From: Telmatocola sphagniphila
GTDB lineage: Bacteria > Planctomycetota > Planctomycetia > Gemmatales > Gemmataceae
NCBI RefSeq assembly: GCF_018398935.1
Contig: NZ_CP074694.1
Location: 6,150,001-6,182,000 of the forward strand
DNA length: 32,000 nucleotides
Reading direction: 5' to 3'
In this document: positions 6,980-15,093 of the stretch, piece after piece
Position numbering within the stretch: position 1 is the first letter of the stretch
Layout: each line of letters starts with the position of its first letter
Notes under the pieces: generated by a model
What the model saw: only the letters and a program-made list of their open reading frames with translations
Told to the model about the DNA's origin: nothing
Databases searched by the model: none
Made by a program: the position numbers and the translations under genes

Positions 6980-8164
6980 TCAATCCCCGACCTTAGTGCA
7001 TTCTATGGAGAATCCGCGTTTTTCTCTCTTAAGTCGCATGGCTTGCCGACCATCCCAGAGATCCTGGAACGTCTGGTAGAACAGATCGCGCCGCCAGCCC
7101 TTCAGCAGAATGCTGTCGCCCGTCGTTTTTTTGGATTTGAACGACTTCACCAGCCACTTCAGATCGGACTGCGTCGCAACCAGGGCAGGATGCAGCGAAT
7201 TCTGCTTGCAGATGCTGGCCATAACCGCCGAGAAAATCTGCACGACCCAGGTGTACTCGTCGAGGTCGGGTTCGCGAGGCGTGACCTTCGGCAGCTTGTC
7301 TTCGGGGATTTCCATACCCCGGAGATAGGCCTGATAGAGCTGTTCGGTATCCCGGGAAGAGATGCCGCGCAGGGTTTCGAGATCTTTGGGAGAGCGCGGC
7401 GTTCGTCGGGCAATCTCCAGGATCAAATCGTCGCGCAATAAAAACCGGCTGGGTCGATTCAAGCTCTCGGCCCGGCTCTCCCGCCACTCGTACACTTCGC
7501 GGGCAATTGCCAGTTGCCGCCGGTCGAGATTGCCCACGCCTTTGATTTTCCGCCAGCGCTCGGTTTCCTTGTTGTCGCGCACCGCCTTCTGACAGTACTT
7601 TTCCCACTCGTCTTTCAACCATTCCTGACGATGTATTTTTTTCAATTTCCGTTCCACTTTTCGGTAAATCGGAATCAGAAATCTCACGTCGTCGAAGGCA
7701 TAGGCCAGCTGGCGGTCGCTGAGCGGTCGCTTGCTCCAATCCGTCAAAGTTTCGCTTTTATGAAGCCGTATTCGCAAAGTGTCCCGTACCATTCCGGCAT
7801 AACTGATGGGATAGTGGTAGCCGATCAGTCCCAGGGCGATCTGCAGATCGAAGAAGTGCAGGGGCATTTTTCCCGTCGCGGCTCGTGCCATCCGGGCTTC
7901 TTCCCGGCCGGAGTGAACGATTACCGTTTTCTCGGGATCGAGCAGAATACTCCAGAGTTTTTTGATATCACCCAGCGCGATGGGGTCGATTACGTAGAGG
8001 GATTGCTCGGTGGAAAGCTGGATGAGGCAAAGTTCGGGATTGTAGCTTTGCTCGCCGATGAATTCGGTGTCAAAGCCAATAAGGACTTCGCTCTCCAGTT
8101 GGGTGCAGCACTCGTCGTACTGCTCCGGAGTGTCGATGAAGATTTCGGGAAGTGCAGCCTTCAT
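6980..8164 (-). CDS. rnd: Ribonuclease D (DEDD 3'-5' exonuclease plus HRDC domain)
   Basis: ATG start at 8164. The Exo I block is IGFDTEFIGEQSYNPELCLIQLS, Exo II is VIVHSGREE, and the Exo III-like block is QLAYAFDDVRFL. The C-terminal region has RQLAIAREVYEWRESRAESLNRPSRFLLRDDLILEIARR, typical of the RNase D HRDC region. Confidence 0.85.
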   Translation of the reverse strand: MKAALPEIFIDTPEQYDECCTQLESEVLIGFDTEFIGEQSYNPELCLIQLSTEQSLYVIDPIALGDIKKLWSILLDPEKTVIVHSGREEARMARAATGKMPLHFFDLQIALGLIGYHYPISYAGMVRDTLRIRLHKSETLTDWSKRPLSDRQLAYAFDDVRFLIPIYRKVERKLKKIHRQEWLKDEWEKYCQKAVRDNKETERWRKIKGVGNLDRRQLAIAREVYEWRESRAESLNRPSRFLLRDDLILEIARRTPRSPKDLETLRGISSRDTEQLYQAYLRGMEIPEDKLPKVTPREPDLDEYTWVVQIFSAVMASICKQNSLHPALVATQSDLKWLVKSFKSKKTTGDSILLKGWRRDLFYQTFQDLWDGRQAMRLKREKRGFSIECTKVGD

Positions 8165-8185
8165 CCGGAAATGATATGAACGGTT

Positions 8186-8224
8186 GAAAACTCGGCGAGC
8201 GTCCGACTCAGATCGGACGCTCGC
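8186..8224 (-). terminator. Rho-independent-type terminator downstream of clpX
   Basis: Perfect 12-bp GC-rich stem GCGAGCGTCCGA-(6-nt loop)-TCGGACGCTCGC at 8195-8224. On the minus strand it is followed by cgagUUUUc (8186-8194). It lies 20 nt after the clpX stop and before the rnd start. Confidence 0.55.
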
Positions 8225-8243
8225 ACGGGAGAATCAAAAGGAA

Positions 8244-9530
8244 TCAGGCACTTTTCTTTTCGGGCAATTTCTCGAACATCGGCAATTTACCGCGGACCAC
8301 ATCCTCGGTCACCGTGTGACGGCCTTTAACCTCGAGATCGGGAAGTTCGAACATAATGTCGAGCATGATCTCTTCCACAATGCTCCGGAGGCCGCGAGCT
8401 CCCGTGTCCCGTTCCCGCGCCTTGCGGGCGATTTCGCGTAGAGCCTTTTCTTCGAAGACGATTTCCGCGCCTTCGATTTCGAAAAGTTTCTGATACTGGC
8501 GGACCAGAGCATTCTTCGGCTCGGTCAGAATTCGGATGAGTGCTTCTTCGTTCAGCGGATCGAGCGGAGCGATCATCGGCAGTCGGCCGACGAATTCCGG
8601 GATCATTCCGAACTCGGTCAGATCGTCGCTGGTGACCTGGCTGAGCAGCGAGCCGAGATCTTCGTGTCGGTGTTCGTTCTGGGCGCCGAAGCCAATCGTC
8701 TTCTTGCCGATGCGCTTGGAAATATGTTCTTCCAGTCCAACGAACGTACCGCCGCAGATGAACAGGATATTCGAGGTGTCGATCTGGATGTACTGCTGTT
8801 CGGGGTGCTTACGCCCCCCCTGCGGCGGTACGTTGCTCACGGTGCCCTCGAGCATCTTCAGGAGGGCCTGCTGAACGCCTTCGCCGGAGACATCGCGGGT
8901 GATGGAAACATTTTGCGATGTCTTGGCGATTTTGTCGATTTCATCGATGTAGATGATGCCACGCTGGGCCGCTTCGATGTCGAAGTCGGCGGCATGCAAC
9001 AGTTTCAGCAGCAGGTTTTCGACGTCTTCGCCGACGTAGCCCGCTTCGGTGAGCGTGGTGGCATCGCCGATCGCGAAGGGCACGTCCAGGATTTTCGCCA
9101 GCGTGCGGGCCAGCAGCGTCTTGCCGCTGCCGGTCGGCCCGATCAGAAGAATATTGCTCTTCTCGATTTCGACGCCACTGCGATCGGACGCGTTCAGGCT
9201 CAATCGCTTGTAGTGATTGTGAACGGCGACCGAAAGAACTTTCTTGGCTCGAGTCTGGCCGATTACGTATTGATCGAGCTTTTCCTTGATCGTCCGGGGT
9301 GCCAGGATATTGGACGTCTGGGTCTTCCCCGTCGTCCGGCGTCGCTTCTCCTGATCGATGATCGAGGAGCAGAGCTCGATGCACTCCCCGCAGATGTAGA
9401 CATCGCCGGGGCCTTCCACTAAGGGACCCACGTCGCGATGGCTCTTTCGGCAGAAAGAGCAGTACGCGTTATGATTTCTCCGAGCGCCCGTTGGTCGTCT
9501 GGTGGTGTCGCCCGTGTCTTTCGTCGCCAT
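8244..9530 (-). CDS. clpX: ATP-dependent Clp protease ATP-binding subunit ClpX
   Basis: ATG start at 9530. It has the N-terminal C4 zinc finger CSFCRKS...CGECIELC, Walker [12 protein letters not shown], pore-loop GYVGEDV, Walker [10 protein letters not shown], and the conserved blocks LLKMLEGT and [11 protein letters not shown]. Confidence 0.97.
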   Translation of the reverse strand: MATKDTGDTTRRPTGARRNHNAYCSFCRKSHRDVGPLVEGPGDVYICGECIELCSSIIDQEKRRRTTGKTQTSNILAPRTIKEKLDQYVIGQTRAKKVLSVAVHNHYKRLSLNASDRSGVEIEKSNILLIGPTGSGKTLLARTLAKILDVPFAIGDATTLTEAGYVGEDVENLLLKLLHAADFDIEAAQRGIIYIDEIDKIAKTSQNVSITRDVSGEGVQQALLKMLEGTVSNVPPQGGRKHPEQQYIQIDTSNILFICGGTFVGLEEHISKRIGKKTIGFGAQNEHRHEDLGSLLSQVTSDDLTEFGMIPEFVGRLPMIAPLDPLNEEALIRILTEPKNALVRQYQKLFEIEGAEIVFEEKALREIARKARERDTGARGLRSIVEEIMLDIMFELPDLEVKGRHTVTEDVVRGKLPMFEKLPEKKSA

Positions 9531-9572
9531 GAAATTCCCCGGAAGGTTCTACAAGAAGCCTGAGCCCTTGAG

Positions 9573-9932
9573 TTATTGGTTCGGTTGTGGGGGGTCCGAA
9601 TCCTTCGGAGGCGCCTGCTGCGGGGCCGGCTCGGGGGGAGTTTTCCCCAAAGCTCGCTGCCCGACTCGTTTAAGAATACGGTCGTATTCTTCCCTGCTGA
9701 GTTCGCCCGATGCCAACATGGCTCGGTAAGAGGTAACGCTGTCCAGATCGGTATCCTCATCGGCCAGTTGCTTGCGCTTCCAGCGTTGAAGGATGGCGAT
9801 GATGATGGCACCCACAATTAAGGCCACCACTATCAGGGAGCTTGCGGAAAGAATCTCCGGACTCAGTAAGTCCAGTTTCTTCTTTTCCACAACCACCTCA
9901 TCTGCCCAGATTACCCAGAGGGACGAACTCAT
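9573..9932 (-). CDS. Small single-pass membrane protein with SHOCT-like motif (hypothetical)
   Basis: ATG start at 9932. It has a TM helix (SLIVVALIVGAIIIAIL). The segment YRAMLASGELSREEYDRILKRV resembles the SHOCT short C-terminal domain, followed by a Pro-rich tail. It lies 42 nt upstream of clpX on the same strand. Confidence 0.5.
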   Translation of the reverse strand: MSSSLWVIWADEVVVEKKKLDLLSPEILSASSLIVVALIVGAIIIAILQRWKRKQLADEDTDLDSVTSYRAMLASGELSREEYDRILKRVGQRALGKTPPEPAPQQAPPKDSDPPQPNQ

Positions 9933-10077
9933 TGCAGCACCTGTTTTCTACTGACCGGAGAAGTTATACCGTCTCTCTGTAGAAGGCGGATCTCACCGGT
10001 CGTCCGTCCACGACCAATTATACCGCTAGGGGAAATTCCTGTAGGAAAAACTTATTCATAGATTCATTCAAGTTCTA

Positions 10078-10114
10078 GTCCCGAGGCGCCACAACAGGCG
10101 CCCTCGGACCTTTT
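10078..10114. terminator. GC-rich stem-loop downstream of glgC, with the T-tract on the + strand only (possible bidirectional or I-shaped terminator)
   Basis: The sequence is gtcccgaGGCGCC-acaaca-GGCGCCctcggac (10078-10109): about 12 bp of pairing with two single-nt bulges. It is followed by cTTTT (10110-10114) on the + strand and lies about 100 nt past the glgC stop (10209). On the minus strand no U-tract follows. Confidence 0.4.
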
Positions 10115-10208
10115 GCGACGACCGGATTCTTAGGCGTTTCGGGAAGCCTGAACACTTGTCATTTTTACAAGAAAACACCGGGTTTCGCTCCCTATCCGGA
10201 CTTGTCGC

Positions 10209-11453
10209 TCAACCGAGCTGAAACCGCTCAGGAGAAGTCCCTTTGGCAACGATGACAATACCCCCCTCGCTGATGGTCAGTCCGCGCCGCTGCTCCAGTT
10301 CCAGATCGTACCCCAGCACCGTCCCGGTCGGTAGCCGGACTCCTTTGTCAATAATCGCGTTTCGAACCCGGCAGTGCCGGCCAACCTCCACCCCTTCGAA
10401 GAGAATCGAATTTTCCACCAGGGAATAGCTGTTCACCCGAACGTTCGGCGAGAGAATGCTCCGCCGGACGTGCCCGCCCGATAGAATGCAGCCCGAGCAG
10501 ATCATGCTATCGTGGGCCTCCCCCCGACGGACCTGCCCGCTGGCCCCTTCTTCGGAGAAAACGAACTTCGGCGGCGGATACTGCGGGTTAAAAGTTCGAA
10601 TCGGCCAGGAAGCGTCGTAGAGATTCAGAACCGGGTCGACCTCGACCAGATCCATATTCGACTGGTAGTAGGCATCGAGGGTGCCGACGTCCCGCCAGTA
10701 GGCTTCCGATTTCAAGTTGCGATCCCGAAAAGGGAAGGCAAACACGCCGTGGGTGGGTATCATCCGGGGAATAATGTCTTTGCCGAAATCGTGCGAACTG
10801 CCCGGCTGATTCGCATCCTCACACAACAGTTCCAGAAGCAACCGGGTGGAAAAGATATAAATTCCCATCGAACCCAGGCAACGGCCCGGATCGCCGGGCA
10901 TCGACGCGGTTTCCTTCGGCTTTTCTTCGAATCCGACGATGCGATTGTCGGAATCCATTTTCAGAATGCCGAAGTGCCGACTTTCCGAAAGCGGGATCGG
11001 TATGCAACCGATGGTTAAATCCGCTCGTCGTTCCCGGTGGGATTCGACCATGTCGGCATAATCCATCTTGTAGATGTGATCGCCGCCCAGGATCAGAACG
11101 AGATCCTTGTCCTCTTTTTCGATACTGTAAATATTCTGATAGATGGCATCGGCCGTGCCCTGATACCAGTTTTCGTCAATTCTCTGTTGCGGCGGCAGCA
11201 CTTCGATCGATTCACCCAACTCGGCGGAAAGAAAGTTCCAGCCCCGGCGGATGTGGCGATCCAGACTCTGAGCTTTGTACTGGGTCAACAGCAGAATGCG
11301 GCGTAGCCCACTGTTCAGGCAGTTAGACAGGGTGAAATCAATGATCCGGTATTGTCCCCCAAAGGGAACAGCCGGTTTAGCGCGGTCGCGAGTCAAAGGT
11401 TCCAGTCGAGTTCCTTTGCCGCCCGCTAGAATAACAGTCAGAGTGCCCCTCAT
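10209..11453 (-). CDS. glgC: Glucose-1-phosphate adenylyltransferase
   Basis: ATG start at 11453 with GGAGG upstream. The N-terminal block is [41 protein letters not shown], followed by WYQGTADA and a C-terminal left-handed beta-helix region typical of ADP-glucose pyrophosphorylase. Confidence 0.92.
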   Translation of the reverse strand: MRGTLTVILAGGKGTRLEPLTRDRAKPAVPFGGQYRIIDFTLSNCLNSGLRRILLLTQYKAQSLDRHIRRGWNFLSAELGESIEVLPPQQRIDENWYQGTADAIYQNIYSIEKEDKDLVLILGGDHIYKMDYADMVESHRERRADLTIGCIPIPLSESRHFGILKMDSDNRIVGFEEKPKETASMPGDPGRCLGSMGIYIFSTRLLLELLCEDANQPGSSHDFGKDIIPRMIPTHGVFAFPFRDRNLKSEAYWRDVGTLDAYYQSNMDLVEVDPVLNLYDASWPIRTFNPQYPPPKFVFSEEGASGQVRRGEAHDSMICSGCILSGGHVRRSILSPNVRVNSYSLVENSILFEGVEVGRHCRVRNAIIDKGVRLPTGTVLGYDLELEQRRGLTISEGGIVIVAKGTSPERFQLG

Positions 11454-11761
11454 CCGAGCCTCCGCGGAATGGCGTTCCCCTCAATCGGGTGTTCGTATTA
11501 TCTCAGGGCCTGGGGACTTTCGCAAGTTGGACTTGCGCTGAATTTTGCAGGCAATTGAAGATAAGTTGCCATTCTTGCCGCGGCGGGTTGGCGAATCCTG
11601 ATTTTCACTTCCGGTAATCGGTGATTTTGTTTGGACGATCTTTACTCATGCGGTAAAGTACTCTCTTCATATATTTCGTTGTCCTACGCATTGCCATATG
11701 TTCATGCGTTTATGGATTATCGGTTTACGCGGTCTGTCGCGGGGATGGCCCGGAGAATGTC

Positions 11762-12157
11762 ATGAGCAGAAACACACCCACAAAGAATCGAAAAGTCACT
11801 ACCGCCGCCAAAATTGCCGGAGTGGACGAGAAAACCATCGATAGTCTTTTGACTATCTTCAAAAGCCTCTCGGACAAATCGCGCCTGCAGATTCTGTTGA
11901 TGCTGGCCAAAGAGGGGGAATTGCACGTCACCCAGCTTTGCGAAGCCCTCGGTCAGTCGCAACCGGCCGTCAGCCATCACCTGACCCAGCTGCGCAATGC
12001 CGAACTGGTGGCGTACCGCCGGGATGGCAAATACAACCATTACAAAATCGATTCCGACATGGTTCTGGAGATCGTGGGCAAGTTCTATCCGAATGCCCGA
12101 TCCTCGCAGCGCAAGTTGGTCTTCGGCGAAATGGAATTGAATTTCAAAGCCAAATAA
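11762..12157 (+). CDS. ArsR/SmtB-family winged-helix transcriptional regulator
   Basis: ATG start at 11762. It has the blocks LSDKSRLQILLMLAKEGELHVTQLCEALGQSQPAVSHHLTQLRNAELVAYRRDGKYNHYKI: HTH plus wing, with the conserved S-H-H-L recognition helix. Confidence 0.88.
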   Translation: MSRNTPTKNRKVTTAAKIAGVDEKTIDSLLTIFKSLSDKSRLQILLMLAKEGELHVTQLCEALGQSQPAVSHHLTQLRNAELVAYRRDGKYNHYKIDSDMVLEIVGKFYPNARSSQRKLVFGEMELNFKAK

Positions 12158-12166
12158 TATCGGCTC

Positions 12167-13585
12167 TCAGATCCAGTGCAGACTTCTCAAGACGACGGCG
12201 ACAATCAATCCGATGATCAATGGCCCGGCGACGCGTCTCACTAAAGAGAAGGGATTGGTGCCCGTCAACTGGGCGCTCATCAAAGCCACCGCGGCGAACG
12301 GCGACATGGTTCGCCCGGCCGCTGAAGCAATCGAAACGAGCGCACCCACATCCATTGGATCGTGCCCCAAATTAATCGATGGCTGAACGAAGATCTTGTA
12401 CAGGCTCGAAGTAGCGGCCATCCCGGAACCGCTGACGTAAGCAAAAGCCCCGGGGATGATGGTCGCGAGCGGCAATAAGGTCGATTCGTGATCCTTGATG
12501 AAACCTTCAATGCGATCAGCAATGCCGATCAAGCTCAGTGACTTGCCGAAGCATTGAGCGACCACGATCAGCGAAACAATTTCAGCGAACGCATAGCCCA
12601 CCCCCTGAAAGAAGGATTTGGCAATTCCCGGAAACTTACCCGGATTCGACGCCGTCGCGACGATGCAGCCCAGGAGCATGGCCGTGCCGATCAGACGGGC
12701 ATCGAAGAGCTGGACCGACTTGGCATCGGTCAACCATTGCTTGGGAATCTGAATCCACGACAGAGGCGGACCGGTCACAATCAAAAATGCGAGCGGCAGA
12801 AGCGGAACAATCGCTTGGAAGTAATTCACGGGAAGCTGCGAACTGGGTTGCGGTTCGGCCTCTTTGTCTCGGACGATCCGTTTTTCTTCGCGAGTTCTCA
12901 ACAGCCAGAAAACCAGCGAAGCCACTAACAAATGCGGCAGAATCAACGGCAGAATGCTACGCATAACCGTTTTGGAGTCGACATTCAAAGCAATGGCCAC
13001 TGTATTTAACTCGGGTGCTCCCGGGTTAAAAAGTTCGCCTCCAATCGAGGCCCCGAGCAATAAAGTCGAGCCGATGGTTAAAGCCGAGAACCCGGCCGCT
13101 TTCATAATGGGCACCACCACCGTGCCAATGCAAACCGCTGTGCTCGTCTGGCTGATCACGGGAATGTTCACCGTGAAACCGACCAGGATAACACCCGGAA
13201 TCAGAAAAAATCGGATCCTACGAAGCGGATTCGTCAGAAGTCGTACAAGATGCTGGTCGCATTCGGTATGCTTCAGCACATAGGCAAATCCCATGGCGCA
13301 GCAGATGGGCACGACGAATTTTTCGGCGCACAACGTAATGAAGAATTCCTGAATGATCTTTTCGACACCCCCGGCCAGCGCACCGATGGCTAAAGCGCAC
13401 CCCATCAGGCCCAGGCGAACATCCACTCCCCGTAACACCAGGGTGATTGTCAGCACGATCAATAAGCAGGAAACGAGAATCATACCGACTAGATGGCCTT
13501 TTCGGACGCCGGGGAATGAGCCGAGAAAATCAGCGGCACGCATTCTGGCGTGATTGCGGCCCAAAGGCAAACCGAATTTTGCCAA
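12167..13585 (-). CDS. Polytopic membrane transporter, DcuC-like (C4-dicarboxylate anaerobic carrier family)
   Basis: About 12 predicted hydrophobic segments. The block CCAMGFAYVLKHTECDQHLVRLLTNPL parallels E. coli DcuC LCGFAAYMTHIGANDMVVKLASKPL. The C-terminal GSGMAATSS...AAGRTMSPFAAV parallels DcuC GSGNAPF...NLGRTLSPVSGV. The ORF opens at TTG 13585, and ATG at 13543 is a likely alternative start. Confidence 0.6.
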   Translation of the reverse strand: MAKFGLPLGRNHARMRAADFLGSFPGVRKGHLVGMILVSCLLIVLTITLVLRGVDVRLGLMGCALAIGALAGGVEKIIQEFFITLCAEKFVVPICCAMGFAYVLKHTECDQHLVRLLTNPLRRIRFFLIPGVILVGFTVNIPVISQTSTAVCIGTVVVPIMKAAGFSALTIGSTLLLGASIGGELFNPGAPELNTVAIALNVDSKTVMRSILPLILPHLLVASLVFWLLRTREEKRIVRDKEAEPQPSSQLPVNYFQAIVPLLPLAFLIVTGPPLSWIQIPKQWLTDAKSVQLFDARLIGTAMLLGCIVATASNPGKFPGIAKSFFQGVGYAFAEIVSLIVVAQCFGKSLSLIGIADRIEGFIKDHESTLLPLATIIPGAFAYVSGSGMAATSSLYKIFVQPSINLGHDPMDVGALVSIASAAGRTMSPFAAVALMSAQLTGTNPFSLVRRVAGPLIIGLIVAVVLRSLHWI

Positions 13586-13650
13586 CCGGGGAGAAAGGGC
13601 CCAAGTTTCCGGAATTGTGCGGAAATAGTTGCGACGGGGAGATTGCAGCT

Positions 13651-13896
13651 ATGGGAAATGATTCGAAATTCGGGATGGTGATCGGCCTGGGAGTGGTCGT
13701 TGCCACGGCATTTATGATTTTTCCGAAGATACCGAATGGGAAAACTCCGGCACCTGAGTCGACGAATATCTCCGGCGGTGGGGTTTCTCCCCGCGGTTCA
13801 TCGAGTACTGCTACGGAATATTCTCTGACTTCGCAGAAAAGGGAAAAACCGGCGACCGACTTCGAATTGCCGGACCCGCTTAAAATGAGCCCGTGA
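13651..13896 (+). CDS. Small hypothetical single-TM protein (81 aa)
   Basis: ATG 13651 has GGGGAG 9 nt upstream. There is one hydrophobic helix (FGMVIGLGVVVATAFMIF), then a Ser/Gly/Pro-rich tail. The 3' end overlaps the convergent gene by 17 nt. I recognise no family. The longer track ORF from 13447 overlaps the transporter gene start and is less plausible. Confidence 0.3.
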   Translation: MGNDSKFGMVIGLGVVVATAFMIFPKIPNGKTPAPESTNISGGGVSPRGSSSTATEYSLTSQKREKPATDFELPDPLKMSP

Positions 13897-15019
13897 CCGC
13901 CGCAGTGTTATCGGGTGGCAGGACATCGGTCTTCCGCATCCGCAGATAGACGAAATAACCGAGTATCCCGACGGCATAGTTGGTCACTCGCACCGTAAAC
14001 CGCATCACCACGCCAATGATGACTGGCTTCTTGATCAGCTTGTAAAGCTCACCAAAAACCGCCTCGCCCCCTCCGACACCGCCGGGAGTCGGAACGAATG
14101 CTTCCAGAGCCATACCCGTCGGACAAATCAGAAGGTGCTCCCCGACCGTGCCTACATCCTCCGTATTGGGAGTGACTTTGAAGGTGAGAGCCGCACAGTG
14201 ATAGGCCAGCACCCAGCCGCTGCAACTGACGAAGCACATCAATAGGGCGACAAAAATTGCCTTGGGTTTTTTGCGGTACATCCGGATCGCGAACCAAACC
14301 TCGCCCAGACTCTTGCCGAGTTTCGGAATTCTGAGCAGAAGTTTACGAAGGGATTCTGCCCGCGAATCGCTAATCAACCCGAGCAGGAACCAGACGACGA
14401 TGGACGTTAAAATCAGCCCGAAAGGAATCTGCAGTAGTCTTTGCAGAGAGGGATTATCGGCCACGATGGGATCGCCGACGATCCAGAAGTAGCCGCCGAC
14501 AATCGCCACAATCCAGAACATGGCCCACAGCCCGACAATCCGATCGACGAGAATCGTCGATATCGCGGCCGCCCGGCGATTGGGATGCTGATGGTAGATT
14601 GCAAAGCCTTTAATGACATCGCCACCGACCGAACTGGGGAGAATCGTGTTGAAGGTGTAGCCGACCAGTCCTAATCGCAGCGCATCGTAAAGTTTGAAAG
14701 GAATATCAATCGCCCGAACCAAATAGTACCAACGAATTAAAGTTAATAATAAGCTGCTAATGGACAATATGAAGACGAGTACCAGCGCTTGAATGTTGAT
14801 GGGATTATTAAAAATGTTCCGCAGGCCGGGAATTTCCTGCCCGTCGGCACCAATTTTAGGATTCCAATTCGTCCAGAGAACGTAGCCGAGCAGGGCGAGC
14901 CCCAAGGCAACTTTCAACAAATTTCTGAGCAAAGACGATTTCAAAGCTGGTCCTTGAGTTTCTGGGTATCCCCGAATGTTAGGCATTTTCCTAAGAATTG
15001 ATGAACCTGTCCAGCGCAA
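13880..15019 (-). CDS. Lysylphosphatidylglycerol-synthase TM-region-like (UPF0104 / flippase-like) integral membrane protein
   Basis: Multiple TM segments. The block RWYYLVRAIDIPFKLYDALRLGLVGYTFNTILPSSVGGDVIKGFAIY resembles the LPG_synthase_TM family core. No C-terminal aminoacyl-transferase domain is present. The ORF opens at TTG 15019, and ATG 14986 is a likely start. Confidence 0.65.
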   Translation of the reverse strand: MRWTGSSILRKMPNIRGYPETQGPALKSSLLRNLLKVALGLALLGYVLWTNWNPKIGADGQEIPGLRNIFNNPINIQALVLVFILSISSLLLTLIRWYYLVRAIDIPFKLYDALRLGLVGYTFNTILPSSVGGDVIKGFAIYHQHPNRRAAAISTILVDRIVGLWAMFWIVAIVGGYFWIVGDPIVADNPSLQRLLQIPFGLILTSIVVWFLLGLISDSRAESLRKLLLRIPKLGKSLGEVWFAIRMYRKKPKAIFVALLMCFVSCSGWVLAYHCAALTFKVTPNTEDVGTVGEHLLICPTGMALEAFVPTPGGVGGGEAVFGELYKLIKKPVIIGVVMRFTVRVTNYAVGILGYFVYLRMRKTDVLPPDNTAAVTGSF

Positions 15020-15093
15020 TTCTTTCCGGATCGGTTGCGGTTATTTGGCTGCCTGCCTAAAGTTTTAGTAGAGGATCACTGCGGAGGAATTGC

